Positions 16,070 to 26,380 of a DNA stretch of 36,039 nt are shown one piece after another. The first letter of the stretch is position 1, and the number at the start of each line of letters is the position of its first letter. The DNA is from a virus, in IMG/VR virus record IMGVR_UViG_3300045988_047146; one strand, 5' to 3'. A program made the position numbers and the translations under genes. Below the pieces are notes generated by a model. That model saw nothing but the letters and a program-made list of their open reading frames with translations, was not told the origin of the DNA and did not search any database.

Positions 16070-16528
16070 TTAGAACTTCGTGAACGGTGTCAGAATGTCG
16101 AAGTCTTCGAAAGTGAAGTCGGCGTCTTCGTCCAGGGCGTCGTCAGAATCGCCGTCCAGTTTCGCAAGGACGACGGAATCCAGATTGCAGTCCATAAGAA
16201 GAACCGTCTGTTTGCCAGCCGAAGATTCCTGGTCGTCATTCTCGACCACCATATCGAAGTAAACGTCCTTTCCGGTTTCCTTCCACTGGCGAAGCATTTC
16301 GCGGAAAAGCGGCGTCATATAGTAAAGCGTCATGGAACCGCTACCGTTCGCGCCGGTTGTCTTGTGGCCAGTCATACGCTTCCCGATCGCCTTGATTTCG
16401 GATTTGCTCTTTTCGACGTTCGCTTCGATCGTCTTCGCGTAGAACAGTTCTTCGTTGTTGCCATTGATTTTCGCATAGGCGCGGCCTTCCTTGCCGGAAA
16501 TGGTATCAGGTGCGTTCAAAGTTTTCAT
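16070..16528 (-). CDS. Tail tube protein (XkdM-like)
   Basis: 152 aa, immediately after the sheath gene. Acidic C-terminus. Confidence 0.7.
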   Translation of the reverse strand: MKTLNAPDTISGKEGRAYAKINGNNEELFYAKTIEANVEKSKSEIKAIGKRMTGHKTTGANGSGSMTLYYMTPLFREMLRQWKETGKDVYFDMVVENDDQESSAGKQTVLLMDCNLDSVVLAKLDGDSDDALDEDADFTFEDFDILTPFTKF

Positions 16529-16545
16529 TGTCTGTCACCCCTTTC

Positions 16546-17880
16546 TTAGTTTACGACGACAGTCATATAAAGTTTTTCCATGCTGTCGTTCGGCTGTAAA
16601 GCGCAGTCGACCGCGACGTCGCGTTTTCCGTCGCCCTGGTTGACAGTGATGTCGTCGGACTTGAAATTGCTGATTGCGTCGATCGACTGATACTGATTTG
16701 CAAGCGCCACAAGGTCAGCCTTGAAAAGCTGTCGGCCGGTGTCGCTGTTGGTTACAAGGCCGATATAAGATTCGCCGAAGATTCTGGCGACGTCATTCGC
16801 CCAGCCGTCCATAACACGGACAACGCGGTTCGACGTCCAGTCGGAAGACATATTCTGACCGATTGTAACAAGGCTGTTAATGTCCGTCAGGACACGGGCT
16901 TTTCCGTTGTCGGCGTAGAATGTGAATTCGCCGGCCTTGATAGCGGCTTCGAACTGGGACTTCGTATATTTAATATCGACGTCCACAGCGTCGTCATAGG
17001 CCGTATTTGTCAGGGATTCGTTCACTTCCGCGCCGGCGGAAGCGCCAGTCACCCAGGCGACGGCCTTGTCGCCGGTCAATGTGGTTCCGTTGGCCAGGAT
17101 AACGCCGTTCTTGACGTTGATCAGGCCCATATTGTCGCCGTCGTAGTCGTAAAGGACGCCGACGATCTTTCTTCCTTCGTCGTCACGAAGACGCTTCACA
17201 AAGGCGCCATAAAGGGCCTTGACGTCGGTATTCGTGCCAGGATAGCCGATCACATTGAAGGATTCGACTTCGAAGGCGTTTAGGGCGGCCGTGTGCTTTG
17301 CGGCGTTGACAGTGGCGTTCGTTCCACCGGTCAAGGCGGTTGCAGTTGCGGCCGTAAGAGTTGCCGCCGTTCCGAAGGTTACGAAGTCATTCGCTACCAG
17401 GGAAGCGGCGCCGCCGGATTTTGCGACGGTCTGGCTATCCATAACCACGCCGTCAAGATAGGTCACGACGTCGACCTTTGTCGCGTCGTCGACGTTGGTG
17501 ATCACGGCGACCATGATGTCGTTTCCGTGTGTGCCACCATATTTCGCGGTGACAGTCATTCCGCCGACGGTTGCGCTGGCCTTTGCGCCGCCACCGTTTA
17601 CGCGATAGATCAAAAGGGACTTCGCGCGTTTCAGTGCTTCGCGGACAAGAAGAATGTTTGCGTCGGTAGGATCGTAACCGAAGACTTTCAAGCTGGTCGC
17701 GTTGAAGTCGGTTGCGGTCATAGTGAAGACCTTGTCGTCAGGTCCCCAGTTAAGTTCAAGGGGAAGGGCGGCGACGCCACGGCTTCCCATTTTGGCGTTG
17801 GTTCCCATGCTTACGAAGTTAATGTAAGCGCCAGGAAGAATTTTGTTCTGTACTGTGAAAGTACCACCACCAATAGGCAT
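16546..17880 (-). CDS. Contractile tail sheath protein (XkdK-like)
   Basis: 444 aa, with the size and order of a PBSX-like sheath. Confidence 0.75.
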   Translation of the reverse strand: MPIGGGTFTVQNKILPGAYINFVSMGTNAKMGSRGVAALPLELNWGPDDKVFTMTATDFNATSLKVFGYDPTDANILLVREALKRAKSLLIYRVNGGGAKASATVGGMTVTAKYGGTHGNDIMVAVITNVDDATKVDVVTYLDGVVMDSQTVAKSGGAASLVANDFVTFGTAATLTAATATALTGGTNATVNAAKHTAALNAFEVESFNVIGYPGTNTDVKALYGAFVKRLRDDEGRKIVGVLYDYDGDNMGLINVKNGVILANGTTLTGDKAVAWVTGASAGAEVNESLTNTAYDDAVDVDIKYTKSQFEAAIKAGEFTFYADNGKARVLTDINSLVTIGQNMSSDWTSNRVVRVMDGWANDVARIFGESYIGLVTNSDTGRQLFKADLVALANQYQSIDAISNFKSDDITVNQGDGKRDVAVDCALQPNDSMEKLYMTVVVN

Positions 17881-17883
17881 AGG

Positions 17884-18072
17884 TTACACCTTCCTTTCAA
17901 GAAATTCGGTCACAAGCTGGATCGCCTGTTCCCGTGTATACTGCTGACCGTCTTTCAGGATTGCCGCCACGGCGTCCCTGGGAAGGCCCAGCGTTTCGGA
18001 TTTGACCAGTTGTTCTTTGCTGAAAGTAGGTTCCGCCTGGTCAACGGAATCAGCCTTTTTCTTTGTTGCCAT
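17884..18072 (-). CDS. Hypothetical phage protein
   Basis: 62 aa ORF with an ATG start, between the sheath gene and the upstream module. Confidence 0.35.
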   Translation of the reverse strand: MATKKKADSVDQAEPTFSKEQLVKSETLGLPRDAVAAILKDGQQYTREQAIQLVTEFLERKV

Positions 18073-18524
18073 TATTCGATTACCTCCGATCTGATTGTGT
18101 TGTCCTGGTCCAGATAATACATAGTCGGAATCGCTTCCGGCGTGATCACAAAGTAGAAGTCCGCGTCAAAAAGAAACTGATAGACGCGGCTGTCGTCGTC
18201 CTTTCTGGCCGTGACGTTCGTCAGGCGAACCAGTCGGGAACGGCTTTCTGTTTCGACCACAGTCAGGGATTCGAATTCGTCCAGCATTTTTTCGGACCAT
18301 TCGTTGAAGTCAAGGTTATCCTTCGACGCCAGGAAATAAAGAACTTCAATCTGGACATGACGCCGGCGGCGCCGATCCAGTTTCTTTTCCTGTGTCGCTT
18401 CGATAATTCCGACGAAGAAATTCCCGTCAGAATCCTTCGGGATTTCATTGACGAATACGTGTCGATCGGGCCACAGGCCGACAAGTTTTTCGGCGACAGC
18501 TTCAAGGAAGTTGTTCAGCGTCAT
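18072..18524 (-). CDS. Hypothetical phage structural protein (tail completion region)
   Basis: 150 aa, translationally coupled to its neighbours. Confidence 0.4.
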   Translation of the reverse strand: MTLNNFLEAVAEKLVGLWPDRHVFVNEIPKDSDGNFFVGIIEATQEKKLDRRRRRHVQIEVLYFLASKDNLDFNEWSEKMLDEFESLTVVETESRSRLVRLTNVTARKDDDSRVYQFLFDADFYFVITPEAIPTMYYLDQDNTIRSEVIE

Positions 18525-19015
18525 TCTGTGCCACCTCCGTTCATGCGTTGACGAATGATCCGGTCCATTTTTCGGTTCAGTCGTGCCGCCTGGGTTGTCT
18601 TCGTGCGTCTTATAGCGCGCCGAAGGGTGAAATGACCGCGAACATAGCCGCCGGCCGGTCCGACGTACATTCCGCCGTCAGGGTCGTTTCTCTGGTACTT
18701 GAAGGAATTTCCCTCCCAGTGGCCAGGAACGAAGTGACTTCGGAAGCCGTATTCAAGCGGCTTCGCATAGTCAAGATTGTTGAAGACGTCGATTTTGTAC
18801 GAATTACCGGCGCGGATCGCCTTTGTTCCGCTTTTGAAGTTGCGTCGATAGTCGCCAGTGTTTACGATATTTTCTTCCTTGCAGATTTTACGGGCCTGGT
18901 CGCGCGCGTAGCGTCCTTCGCCGACGGCCAGACTGTCCATTATTTCAGGAATGTCGTCTTTCAATGCCTGAATCTGATTCTGGAAGGCCAAAAGTTCAGA
19001 ATTGTCCACGCTCAC
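18521..19015 (-). CDS. HK97 gp10-family tail component
   Basis: 164 aa, with the conserved position and size. Confidence 0.5.
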   Translation of the reverse strand: MSVDNSELLAFQNQIQALKDDIPEIMDSLAVGEGRYARDQARKICKEENIVNTGDYRRNFKSGTKAIRAGNSYKIDVFNNLDYAKPLEYGFRSHFVPGHWEGNSFKYQRNDPDGGMYVGPAGGYVRGHFTLRRAIRRTKTTQAARLNRKMDRIIRQRMNGGGTE

Positions 19016-19401
19016 GCCAGATCACCGTCCTTTACTTTGATTTCTTGATGTGTCGCATAGACGGAAGGACGGCCGATCACTTCGAAGGTCAGGTTTCGAC
19101 CACTGGAAGGATCGTCCCGTCCGAACCGTTTTACGACGATTGTATCACCAGGAAGGACCAGAAGGTCCGGACTGGCGAAAATGACAGCGTCATAATCGAC
19201 GTTGTTCTGTGCGTCCGTCTGTCTGCTATTGTCTGAACCTGTATACGATAGCGCGCAAATGATACCGTCGTAAATCACAGAAGTGGAAGACGTTGAAATG
19301 TTGTTTTTCCCTCTCTGTGACGTTGTACGGCTCACGGTGGCGGTGTCTTCGTAGGTCAATTCGATTGCGGCGCGTTCAGCGCTTGCGTTTCCGAAGGCCA
19401 T
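19012..19401 (-). CDS. Head-tail adaptor / head closure protein
   Basis: 129 aa, overlapping its neighbours, in the head-tail joining module. Confidence 0.5.
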   Translation of the reverse strand: MAFGNASAERAAIELTYEDTATVSRTTSQRGKNNISTSSTSVIYDGIICALSYTGSDNSRQTDAQNNVDYDAVIFASPDLLVLPGDTIVVKRFGRDDPSSGRNLTFEVIGRPSVYATHQEIKVKDGDLA

Positions 19402-19405
19402 AGGA

Positions 19406-19855
19406 TCACCACCTTAACACACGATATTCGTTCAGGACAGTTTTCCACCCGAAGAAGTCGCCGCTGTCTGTTCCCAGGTTGAAGGTGTTCGCCGATCCGG
19501 AAGAACCGGAACCGGTGGCGAAGGAAGTCTGGACGTCACCACGCTTCACAGACGCCACAGGACCGACGGCGGCCGTCGTGGTTCCCAGTCCGGCCGATTT
19601 GTAATAGCTGACACACATGACGATCAAGACGTTTTCCAGACGCGGCGGAAGGGTGTCCTGATTGATGTACGACAGGATCATATCTTCGACTGTCTGAATA
19701 ACGAATTCCAGAACGTCGTCCTGATCCGTCGTTGTGATTCCCAGAAGGGCCTTGACCTTAGAAAGGCGGCTGTCCTTCGACATAAGAACGCGAAGGACGT
19801 CCGCACGTTCAAGATCAGTCAGGCCGTCCAGGGACGAAAGAATCTGTTCGAACAT
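19406..19855 (-). CDS. Head-tail connector protein (gp6-like)
   Basis: 149 aa, following the capsid and Rho_N-like genes. Confidence 0.5.
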   Translation of the reverse strand: MFEQILSSLDGLTDLERADVLRVLMSKDSRLSKVKALLGITTTDQDDVLEFVIQTVEDMILSYINQDTLPPRLENVLIVMCVSYYKSAGLGTTTAAVGPVASVKRGDVQTSFATGSGSSGSANTFNLGTDSGDFFGWKTVLNEYRVLRW

Positions 19856-19883
19856 AGTTCCACCACCTTTCGGCGGTTCCGCT

Positions 19884-20144
19884 TTATTCGTCGCCCTGTG
19901 CGGCTTTGATCAGTTCGACGATCTCCGCCTTTGTGGCGCCGTCAGGAACCGCGATTTCGGCGTCCTGGGCGACTTTCAGAAGTTCGTCCTTGTTCATCTT
20001 CGACAGGGGCTTTTCGTCGCCCTGTGCGGCTTCCTGGCCGTCATAGACAACGAAGGAAGGATTCTTTCGAAGCTGTTCAGCGACCATTTCGGAATTCGGT
20101 TCCAGGATCGCGCCGGTTACAATACTTTTGAATTTTGTGTTCAT
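19884..20144 (-). CDS. Small protein with a Rho-N/SAP-like (HeH) motif
   Basis: 86 aa. C-terminal motif MNKDELLKVAQDAEIAVPDGATKAEIVELI. Confidence 0.45.
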   Translation of the reverse strand: MNTKFKSIVTGAILEPNSEMVAEQLRKNPSFVVYDGQEAAQGDEKPLSKMNKDELLKVAQDAEIAVPDGATKAEIVELIKAAQGDE

Positions 20145-20173
20145 GTTGCTACCTCCTATAAAGGTTCCGTCAC

Positions 20174-21067
20174 TTACGCAGTGACGGAAGTTCCATACCA
20201 GAAAATAAGGTCAGGGGTAAGGGCCTTCGTGCCGTAGTCGAAGAACATAGACACGCCATAGTCGTTGGAAAGAGGAATCTTTTCAGGCTCCTTGTAAGGA
20301 TAGATAACCGCCGGCTGTGCGATAGCGCCTTCGATCATGGCGATAGCGTGAACCGTAGTGGTCTTCGTCTTACTGTCGGAAGTCGCTTCGGACGTCACAG
20401 GCAGATTGATAGAAGAATATACCCTTACACCGTGGAAAATAGCGAAGTCTTCGGCGGCCGTGTCCACGTTGGCGTTGTTGGTGCTTTTGTCAAGGTAGTT
20501 TCTGGCTTTGCCGTAGGTAAGAGGATCAAGGACAAGGCGGATCATGTTACGGGGAACGCCGCGAACATAATCGTTCTTGACACTTTCCAAAGTCTGAATG
20601 ATACCTTCCAGAAGGTCTTCGATTCCGGCGTCGCTGGCCGGCGTGTAGGAAGTACCTTCGGCCTTTGCCTGGGCGAAGAAGGCGGTATCGAATTCAGACG
20701 CCACAGTGTCGACGTGGTTGTCGGCACGTCTGGCCATGATGTTTCCGACGCCGAAAGTGTCAAGGTCGAACTTTGCGGCTTCTTCGACGATCTCCTTGTG
20801 GGTGTTAAGGTTTACGGTAGTAGGCGGAACGGTGATCGCGTCGCCCTTGCCGGCAGTTCTTGCCGTACCGTAAGGCTGGGAAGCGCTGTTCTTGAAGCGC
20901 TTAAACTCGACGGAACCGCTGGCAGGATTGCCAGTGTACGCCTGGGACTTCAAGCCCTGGGAAAGGGTGTCCTTCTGAATGTTGCTGATCACAAGGCCGG
21001 AAAGTTCGGCAAGGTCTACCTTCGTAGAACCGGACTGGATCAGGCTGATTGCTTTTGTTCTTGCCAT
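20174..21067 (-). CDS. Major capsid protein (putative)
   Basis: 297 aa, directly downstream of the scaffold gene and with strong expression signals. Confidence 0.6.
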   Translation of the reverse strand: MARTKAISLIQSGSTKVDLAELSGLVISNIQKDTLSQGLKSQAYTGNPASGSVEFKRFKNSASQPYGTARTAGKGDAITVPPTTVNLNTHKEIVEEAAKFDLDTFGVGNIMARRADNHVDTVASEFDTAFFAQAKAEGTSYTPASDAGIEDLLEGIIQTLESVKNDYVRGVPRNMIRLVLDPLTYGKARNYLDKSTNNANVDTAAEDFAIFHGVRVYSSINLPVTSEATSDSKTKTTTVHAIAMIEGAIAQPAVIYPYKEPEKIPLSNDYGVSMFFDYGTKALTPDLIFWYGTSVTA

Positions 21068-21104
21068 TGTAAATCATTCCTTTCTGATTTTGGTTTATGT
21101 GTTT

Positions 21105-21698
21105 TTACAAGCAAACGGGGCCGTCTGCTTTTGCGGCCGGTGCGCCAGGGGCGCCAGGCTCGGCCGGCTTTGCGCCTTTGATTTCAGGGGCGCCAGGTTT
21201 CGCCGGTTCTGTGAACAGATAGGCTTTCGATTCCTTAATAGGCTTCAAAAGGCCGTCAAGGTCTGTTTTCAGATTGCCGGCGTCGTCGACGTCGATTTTC
21301 TCAAGGTCCAGAAGGCCGATAATGTCCGAAGGGTCGTGGACTTTTCCGTTCAGGGCCATTCGAAGGGCGGCGTTCTTGCTGATCTTCTTGATTTCGGCGT
21401 CATGGTTGGTTTGAAGGGTTGTGATTGTGGTCTGGGCCGTCTTCACGTCTTCGGCGATCTTGGCCGGATCGCCACTTCCGCCGATTGCCTTCAACGCTTC
21501 GGCGGCGGCTTTTAATGCGTTTTCTGCGCTGGTCTTGCCGCTATTGGCGCCGTTGTACTTTTCGGCTGGAACGAAACTTCCGTCGTTTCCGATAACCAGA
21601 TCGACGTCCTTTCCGTCTTTGCCTTTTCCTTTCAGCGCTGTTTCAACCTGTTTCGTCAGGTCTTCGCCCAGAAGATTTTTGATTCCTTCAATGATCAT
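21105..21698 (-). CDS. Scaffolding protein
   Basis: 197 aa, helical and Lys/Ala/Glu-rich with a Pro/Gly/Ala-rich C-terminus, upstream of the capsid gene. Confidence 0.6.
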   Translation of the reverse strand: MIIEGIKNLLGEDLTKQVETALKGKGKDGKDVDLVIGNDGSFVPAEKYNGANSGKTSAENALKAAAEALKAIGGSGDPAKIAEDVKTAQTTITTLQTNHDAEIKKISKNAALRMALNGKVHDPSDIIGLLDLEKIDVDDAGNLKTDLDGLLKPIKESKAYLFTEPAKPGAPEIKGAKPAEPGAPGAPAAKADGPVCL

Positions 21699-21797
21699 GT
21701 GTGATCGCTCCTTTCTTTTCCGCTGTGTTTACCGTGACTTCCACACGCTTTGCGGTTCCGCCTGGTCGCCGGACGGGTGCGGCTGTTTTTGTATATG

Positions 21798-21827
21798 AAA
21801 AAGACACCACCGAAAGGGTGATGTCTG
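21798..21827 (-). terminator. Rho-independent terminator after the small Cys-rich gene
   Basis: Hairpin GACACCACC-GAAAG-GGTGATGTC followed on the minus strand by a T5 run. Confidence 0.45.
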
Positions 21828-21871
21828 ATTCAACGCATAAGAAAACGCCGGTCGGAATATCCGATCGACGC

Positions 21872-22057
21872 TTATTCGGGGTGATATTTGCATTTCAAAC
21901 AGATTTCCTTCTTGTCGTCCGTGAAGTCTTCCGGCTTCAAGTCCTTCGGAAGGAACCTGTCGGGGGTTGTCTTTTCGGCGACCATTGAAATATCGAAGCA
22001 GTCGTCGCCGTTGACCTGTCTTTGAAGGACAGGACAGAAAACAGTTTTATTCTCCAT
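21872..22057 (-). CDS. Small Cys-rich (zinc-ribbon-like) protein
   Basis: 61 aa with CPV...C...CLKCKYH. Immediately downstream of the MuF-like gene and overlapping it, and followed by a terminator. Confidence 0.4.
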   Translation of the reverse strand: MENKTVFCPVLQRQVNGDDCFDISMVAEKTTPDRFLPKDLKPEDFTDDKKEICLKCKYHPE

Positions 22058-23630
22058 TCTTCAAAACCTCCATAGCAGATTTTGTCTTTTTGTCGAATTC
22101 GTCCTTCTTGAAGGAAGTCCGGATCACGTTGTCGCTGGTCCGCACATACGAAGCGCCTTCTTCTGAATAGTAGTTCAGGAAGGTTTCACCGGTCCAGTGG
22201 CGCCTTTTCAGGGAAAACGCCGCGTTCTTAATGTAGGAAACGGCTTCTTCCTGGGTGACACCGTGGCGGCGCTCGTTTATGTGTGCGACGTCAAGCGTCA
22301 GGGCGGAAGTATCAATCTTCGCGGCCGGAACTCTGACGGTTCCATATATGCCGGTAGCTTTGATCTTCTTGTACGTCTGGAAGTCGGCTTTCGTCGCTTC
22401 TGGAACGCGCCCTTTGTAAGAATAAAGGCCTTTTAGGTCGGACCATTCGTCGGGCTTGCTATATTTCAAGCGCTGGAAGGTGTCGACGTCAGAAGGTGCG
22501 TCAGCGCCCAGGCGTTCGGAATAGGCTTCGAACTGTTCCAGGTCTGCTTTTCTATTATACACCTTTTGTCGCTCAACCTCAACCGATCCCTGACCGTTCC
22601 TGGCCACCTGTTCGTCGTACCATTCTTCGTAAGTTTTGGCTTTCGGCATAGGTTGACCGGAATTATACCAGTCCAGGGCGTCGTCTGGGTCATATTCTAC
22701 CGTAGTACACCGACAATTCGGGTGTATCGGCGGATAATTGACACCGACTTTCGCTTCGCTGACTTTGAAGTGTTTCCCGTCCAGGCTTCCGCAGACGTCA
22801 CAGGTTCGGACTTCCAGCGTCGCCATGAATTCATATTGTTCGACGCCGGCTTCTTTGTATGCGGCCCGATCTGATTCCGCGTGAATATGCGCGGTTTCTG
22901 TCCTGACCAGGCGTTCGGCGTTCTTGTAGGACTGGCCCATTTTGGCCGCCAGGGCGGAAGACATGACGTTCACGCTTTTTCCCTGGATAAGTCCCTGGGT
23001 CAGAACTTCCCTGGTGTTGAAAAGAAGCGCCTGTTTGTTCTGCCATAGGCGATCGGAAAACATGGCGCCGGACCAGGGATAAGAAACGACGTTTTCAATG
23101 GCCGCATAGTCGATCTTTGCGATCTCGTTGAAGAATCCGGCCCTGGATTGAAGGTCATAACATTTCTTGTAATAACCTTCGACGAAGTCGTCGCCGAACT
23201 GGTTCTTCATTTGTGCGACACCTTTGTCAAACAGGTCATTCAGGATCAGGTCGATTTGACCTTGAAGGGCTTCCAGTCGGGAAATAGAACTGTTCGCCGA
23301 CAGGGCGTCCAGTTGTGCCGTCAGAAGCGCCTTGACCTTCGGGTCCTGGATCGTAGCGATATAGTCCACATATTCCGCCAGACTTGCTTTCCATTCCTGG
23401 AATTCCTTCCGGTTCAGAAGACGGACGGCCTGATCGTATGTAAGGCCATACTTGCCAGCGTACTTCGAATAGAAGGCGCTGATTTCGCGCTTGATAGCCT
23501 TCGCGGCGGATTCGTATTCCTGGAACAGCTTCGCCGTCAATGCCGCGTCGTGAAGGTAGGCTTCTTCGGCGCGTTTCAAGGCTCTTTCTGTCCAGTATGC
23601 TTCATTATTCGTCATTGCCGTCACCACCAT
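22047..23630 (-). CDS. Minor head protein, SPP1 gp7/MuF family, with a C-terminal extension of about 200 aa
   Basis: 527 aa. MuF hallmark ...YPPIHPNCRCTT near aa 320. The C-terminal region VAHINERRHGVT... is of unknown function. Confidence 0.75.
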   Translation of the reverse strand: MVVTAMTNNEAYWTERALKRAEEAYLHDAALTAKLFQEYESAAKAIKREISAFYSKYAGKYGLTYDQAVRLLNRKEFQEWKASLAEYVDYIATIQDPKVKALLTAQLDALSANSSISRLEALQGQIDLILNDLFDKGVAQMKNQFGDDFVEGYYKKCYDLQSRAGFFNEIAKIDYAAIENVVSYPWSGAMFSDRLWQNKQALLFNTREVLTQGLIQGKSVNVMSSALAAKMGQSYKNAERLVRTETAHIHAESDRAAYKEAGVEQYEFMATLEVRTCDVCGSLDGKHFKVSEAKVGVNYPPIHPNCRCTTVEYDPDDALDWYNSGQPMPKAKTYEEWYDEQVARNGQGSVEVERQKVYNRKADLEQFEAYSERLGADAPSDVDTFQRLKYSKPDEWSDLKGLYSYKGRVPEATKADFQTYKKIKATGIYGTVRVPAAKIDTSALTLDVAHINERRHGVTQEEAVSYIKNAAFSLKRRHWTGETFLNYYSEEGASYVRTSDNVIRTSFKKDEFDKKTKSAMEVLKNGE

Positions 23631-25098
23631 TCAGGCCGGCGCTGTCGCCGCCTTCCTGGCTGTCGTCGGCGCCCATAGCGTGATTGAAAAGGCCGTCGCC
23701 GTATTCTTCCATAGCGGCTTTCTTTTCTTCGTCGATTCTGGCCAGTTCTTCGTCGACGTCTGTGACCCACGGGTGATTTTGAAGGATCGTTCGTTTCGAC
23801 AGAAGACCGTTGCTGTTCACGGCGTTGTTGATAATGTCTGTTTCGTTGACCGGAAGGTCCATATTGAAGACAATATCGAATTCTTCGTTTGTGAAGTCGC
23901 CCTGGCCGGTGATCTGGAAGTAAACGTCAATAAACAGTTTCAGACGACGGAATGTGTCTTTCAGTTCTGTTCCCAGGGAATCACAGTCAGCGTCAAGGTC
24001 CATATAACGGAAATTGATCGCCGTTCCGCTGGCGTTCCCCAGGTCAGGGTCCTTTGTATCGACAGCGGCCGCAAAGTCGAACAGATCGCGGCGCTGTTTG
24101 TCCAGGAAGGCCATGACAGCGTCGATATTTAGATCGGCCTGTAATTTATCCACGCCACCGTCAGACGTGACCTTGATCGCCATGTGTTCTTTCAGGTCTT
24201 TCAAGAATTCGGCCAGGTCTTGTCCGCCATAGTTACGAAGAATATAGATAAACTTCGCCACGTCGCGAAGAACGTCGGAAGTGACGGACGTCTGCCAGTT
24301 GATGTCGTCGATCAGGTCCTTAATATAATAGCAAAGGGGAAGTTCTTCTTCGTTGTATTTCAGCCAGGCGATCGGACACTCTTCCCAGTTGTACGGCTTA
24401 TTGTCAACGACGAAGTGTGGTTCCGTATAGTCAGACGCTTCGTCGCCGTGTTCTTTGTCGACATAGAAGTTTCCGGCGCCGGTTCCGGCGAAGGCGTCCG
24501 TCTTGAACCATTTCACACCACCAGGCCACCAGAATTCGGCGTGTGTGATTATGTGTTTCCTGGTTCCGATATAAATGACCTGGTCATAAAATCGAATAAA
24601 GGCGTCCAGTTCCGTTCGTTCAGCGTCGCGCCACAAAGGGACAAGTTCGGTCGAAGGAATACGCATAAATGCCAGTTTCCCGTCCCTGAAATAGGGTTGA
24701 ATCCAGGCAATACCTGACTTGATCGCGCCCTTCCCCAGGGATTTAATCTTCCGGCGGAAGGTCTGGTCGAAGACTTTCGTCAATGCTTCGCCGTATGCGC
24801 TGTTTTTGGTGTCGACCGTCCAGGGCTTCGACAGAAGGTAGTTCGCTTTCTGGTCGACAAGTTTCTTCAAGATCGGGTGTTCGATCTTCGTGTTTGAACG
24901 GTTCGCAACGTCAACCGTCTTTCGCTGGACGTCGCTTCGGTTCCTGTAATAGGATTCAGCTTCAAGCATGATCGCGTATTCAGGGGACGCCTTGAATTCG
25001 CGTATTTCTTCGCTGACGATCTGGGCCAGCGTCATTGTAGCTTTTTCGGGGTCAGACAGAATCATATTGATCCGGTCCATAACAGATAATTCGGCCAT
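23605..25098 (-). CDS. Portal protein (SPP1 gp6-like)
   Basis: 497 aa with an acidic C-terminus, between the terminase and MuF genes. Confidence 0.8.
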   Translation of the reverse strand: MAELSVMDRINMILSDPEKATMTLAQIVSEEIREFKASPEYAIMLEAESYYRNRSDVQRKTVDVANRSNTKIEHPILKKLVDQKANYLLSKPWTVDTKNSAYGEALTKVFDQTFRRKIKSLGKGAIKSGIAWIQPYFRDGKLAFMRIPSTELVPLWRDAERTELDAFIRFYDQVIYIGTRKHIITHAEFWWPGGVKWFKTDAFAGTGAGNFYVDKEHGDEASDYTEPHFVVDNKPYNWEECPIAWLKYNEEELPLCYYIKDLIDDINWQTSVTSDVLRDVAKFIYILRNYGGQDLAEFLKDLKEHMAIKVTSDGGVDKLQADLNIDAVMAFLDKQRRDLFDFAAAVDTKDPDLGNASGTAINFRYMDLDADCDSLGTELKDTFRRLKLFIDVYFQITGQGDFTNEEFDIVFNMDLPVNETDIINNAVNSNGLLSKRTILQNHPWVTDVDEELARIDEEKKAAMEEYGDGLFNHAMGADDSQEGGDSAGLNGGDGNDE

Positions 25099-25108
25099 TT
25101 TTTACACC

Positions 25109-26380
25109 TCACTTCAATACTTCGATAGAAGAACCACGACGAAGACGTTCGACCGAATAGCGAAGGGCGGCCATAGCGTCGTCCATAAATTCGACCGGTT
25201 CGTCTATGTAAAGACCGGACGTCGGGTCCTTTTTCCATTTCCATTGTTGGACTTCTTTCAATACATTCACGCATGACGGGTGAATGTGGATTTTCCGGCC
25301 TTTCAGCCAGTCGATTTGTGCTTTCACGCTTCCAGGCTCTTTCTTCACAGGGTAAGCGCGGAAGCCGGCCTTTGACCATGTCTTGATCCTGTCCGGTTCA
25401 GCGGAATCGCAGAACATTTCGATACGTTGGTCGACTTTGTTCTGTTTGGCCAGACTGATAATTTCTTCGGTGTCCTTTTCAAAGACATAGATTTCAGAAC
25501 AGATATACACTTCGCCGTCTTTCCAGCCAACGCCCAGAATGGCGTCCGCGTGGTTATAGCCGAAATCCTGGCCATAATAGAAGGCGTCGAAGTTGTCTTT
25601 TCCGGTCTTGAAGTCGTGGACTTCGAAGTTCGTCAGGATAAGGCCGCCCAGTTCGCCCCATTCGCCCAGGCCATAGACGCGATAGCCTTCTGGGTCTTCT
25701 TCCTTGCGTCGTTCCATACGGCGAAAATAGGCTGGGTCTATGAACCGGTTTGTCTTATATGTTGAATGGTGGGCCAGGACGTCCGGATCAGCCTTGTCGA
25801 AGTATCGACCTTTGATCCAGTGTGTCGCGCTGACTGGGTTGAACGTCATTGTTATCTGGTAGTACAGATTCGGATTCAGTTCGTTCAGATTACCACGAAG
25901 ACGGTCGTCCAGAATGTCGACGTCTTCGGAAAGAAGTTCTGTCGCTTCTTCGCACCATATCCAGACCAGTTTCCCGTTCTTGAAGGTGATCGACTTCACC
26001 TTTTCACGCTGTCGCTGATCCTTGACACCGCGGAAAATGATTCTGTTTCCGGTGATCTTACATTCCAGCGCAAGCGGATTCAGATTCACTTTCCAGAAGC
26101 GGTCAGCATAGGGGCCGAACATTCTATATATTGCCGCTTGTAATTCGGCGAAGGTACTGTCGCGGTTTGTTTCTTCAATCTTTCGCACGACAAGAAGGTT
26201 CGCGCCGGTGTAGGCCGGATCGGACAGTTTCGCGATATAGTCCTGGGCGATATTCACAGACTTTCCGGAACCGGCTGAACCTTTCAGAATCCTATATCGA
26301 CCGCGCCATTCGTTGACGGGGCGGAAGACAGGGTTAAACTGTGCCGCCGCCTTGAATTCAATCTTCGCCGCCGTAGTCAT
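25109..26380 (-). CDS. terL: Terminase large subunit
   Basis: 423 aa. Walker A motif GSAGSGKS and a C-terminal nuclease-like region. Confidence 0.85.
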   Translation of the reverse strand: MTTAAKIEFKAAAQFNPVFRPVNEWRGRYRILKGSAGSGKSVNIAQDYIAKLSDPAYTGANLLVVRKIEETNRDSTFAELQAAIYRMFGPYADRFWKVNLNPLALECKITGNRIIFRGVKDQRQREKVKSITFKNGKLVWIWCEEATELLSEDVDILDDRLRGNLNELNPNLYYQITMTFNPVSATHWIKGRYFDKADPDVLAHHSTYKTNRFIDPAYFRRMERRKEEDPEGYRVYGLGEWGELGGLILTNFEVHDFKTGKDNFDAFYYGQDFGYNHADAILGVGWKDGEVYICSEIYVFEKDTEEIISLAKQNKVDQRIEMFCDSAEPDRIKTWSKAGFRAYPVKKEPGSVKAQIDWLKGRKIHIHPSCVNVLKEVQQWKWKKDPTSGLYIDEPVEFMDDAMAALRYSVERLRRGSSIEVLK

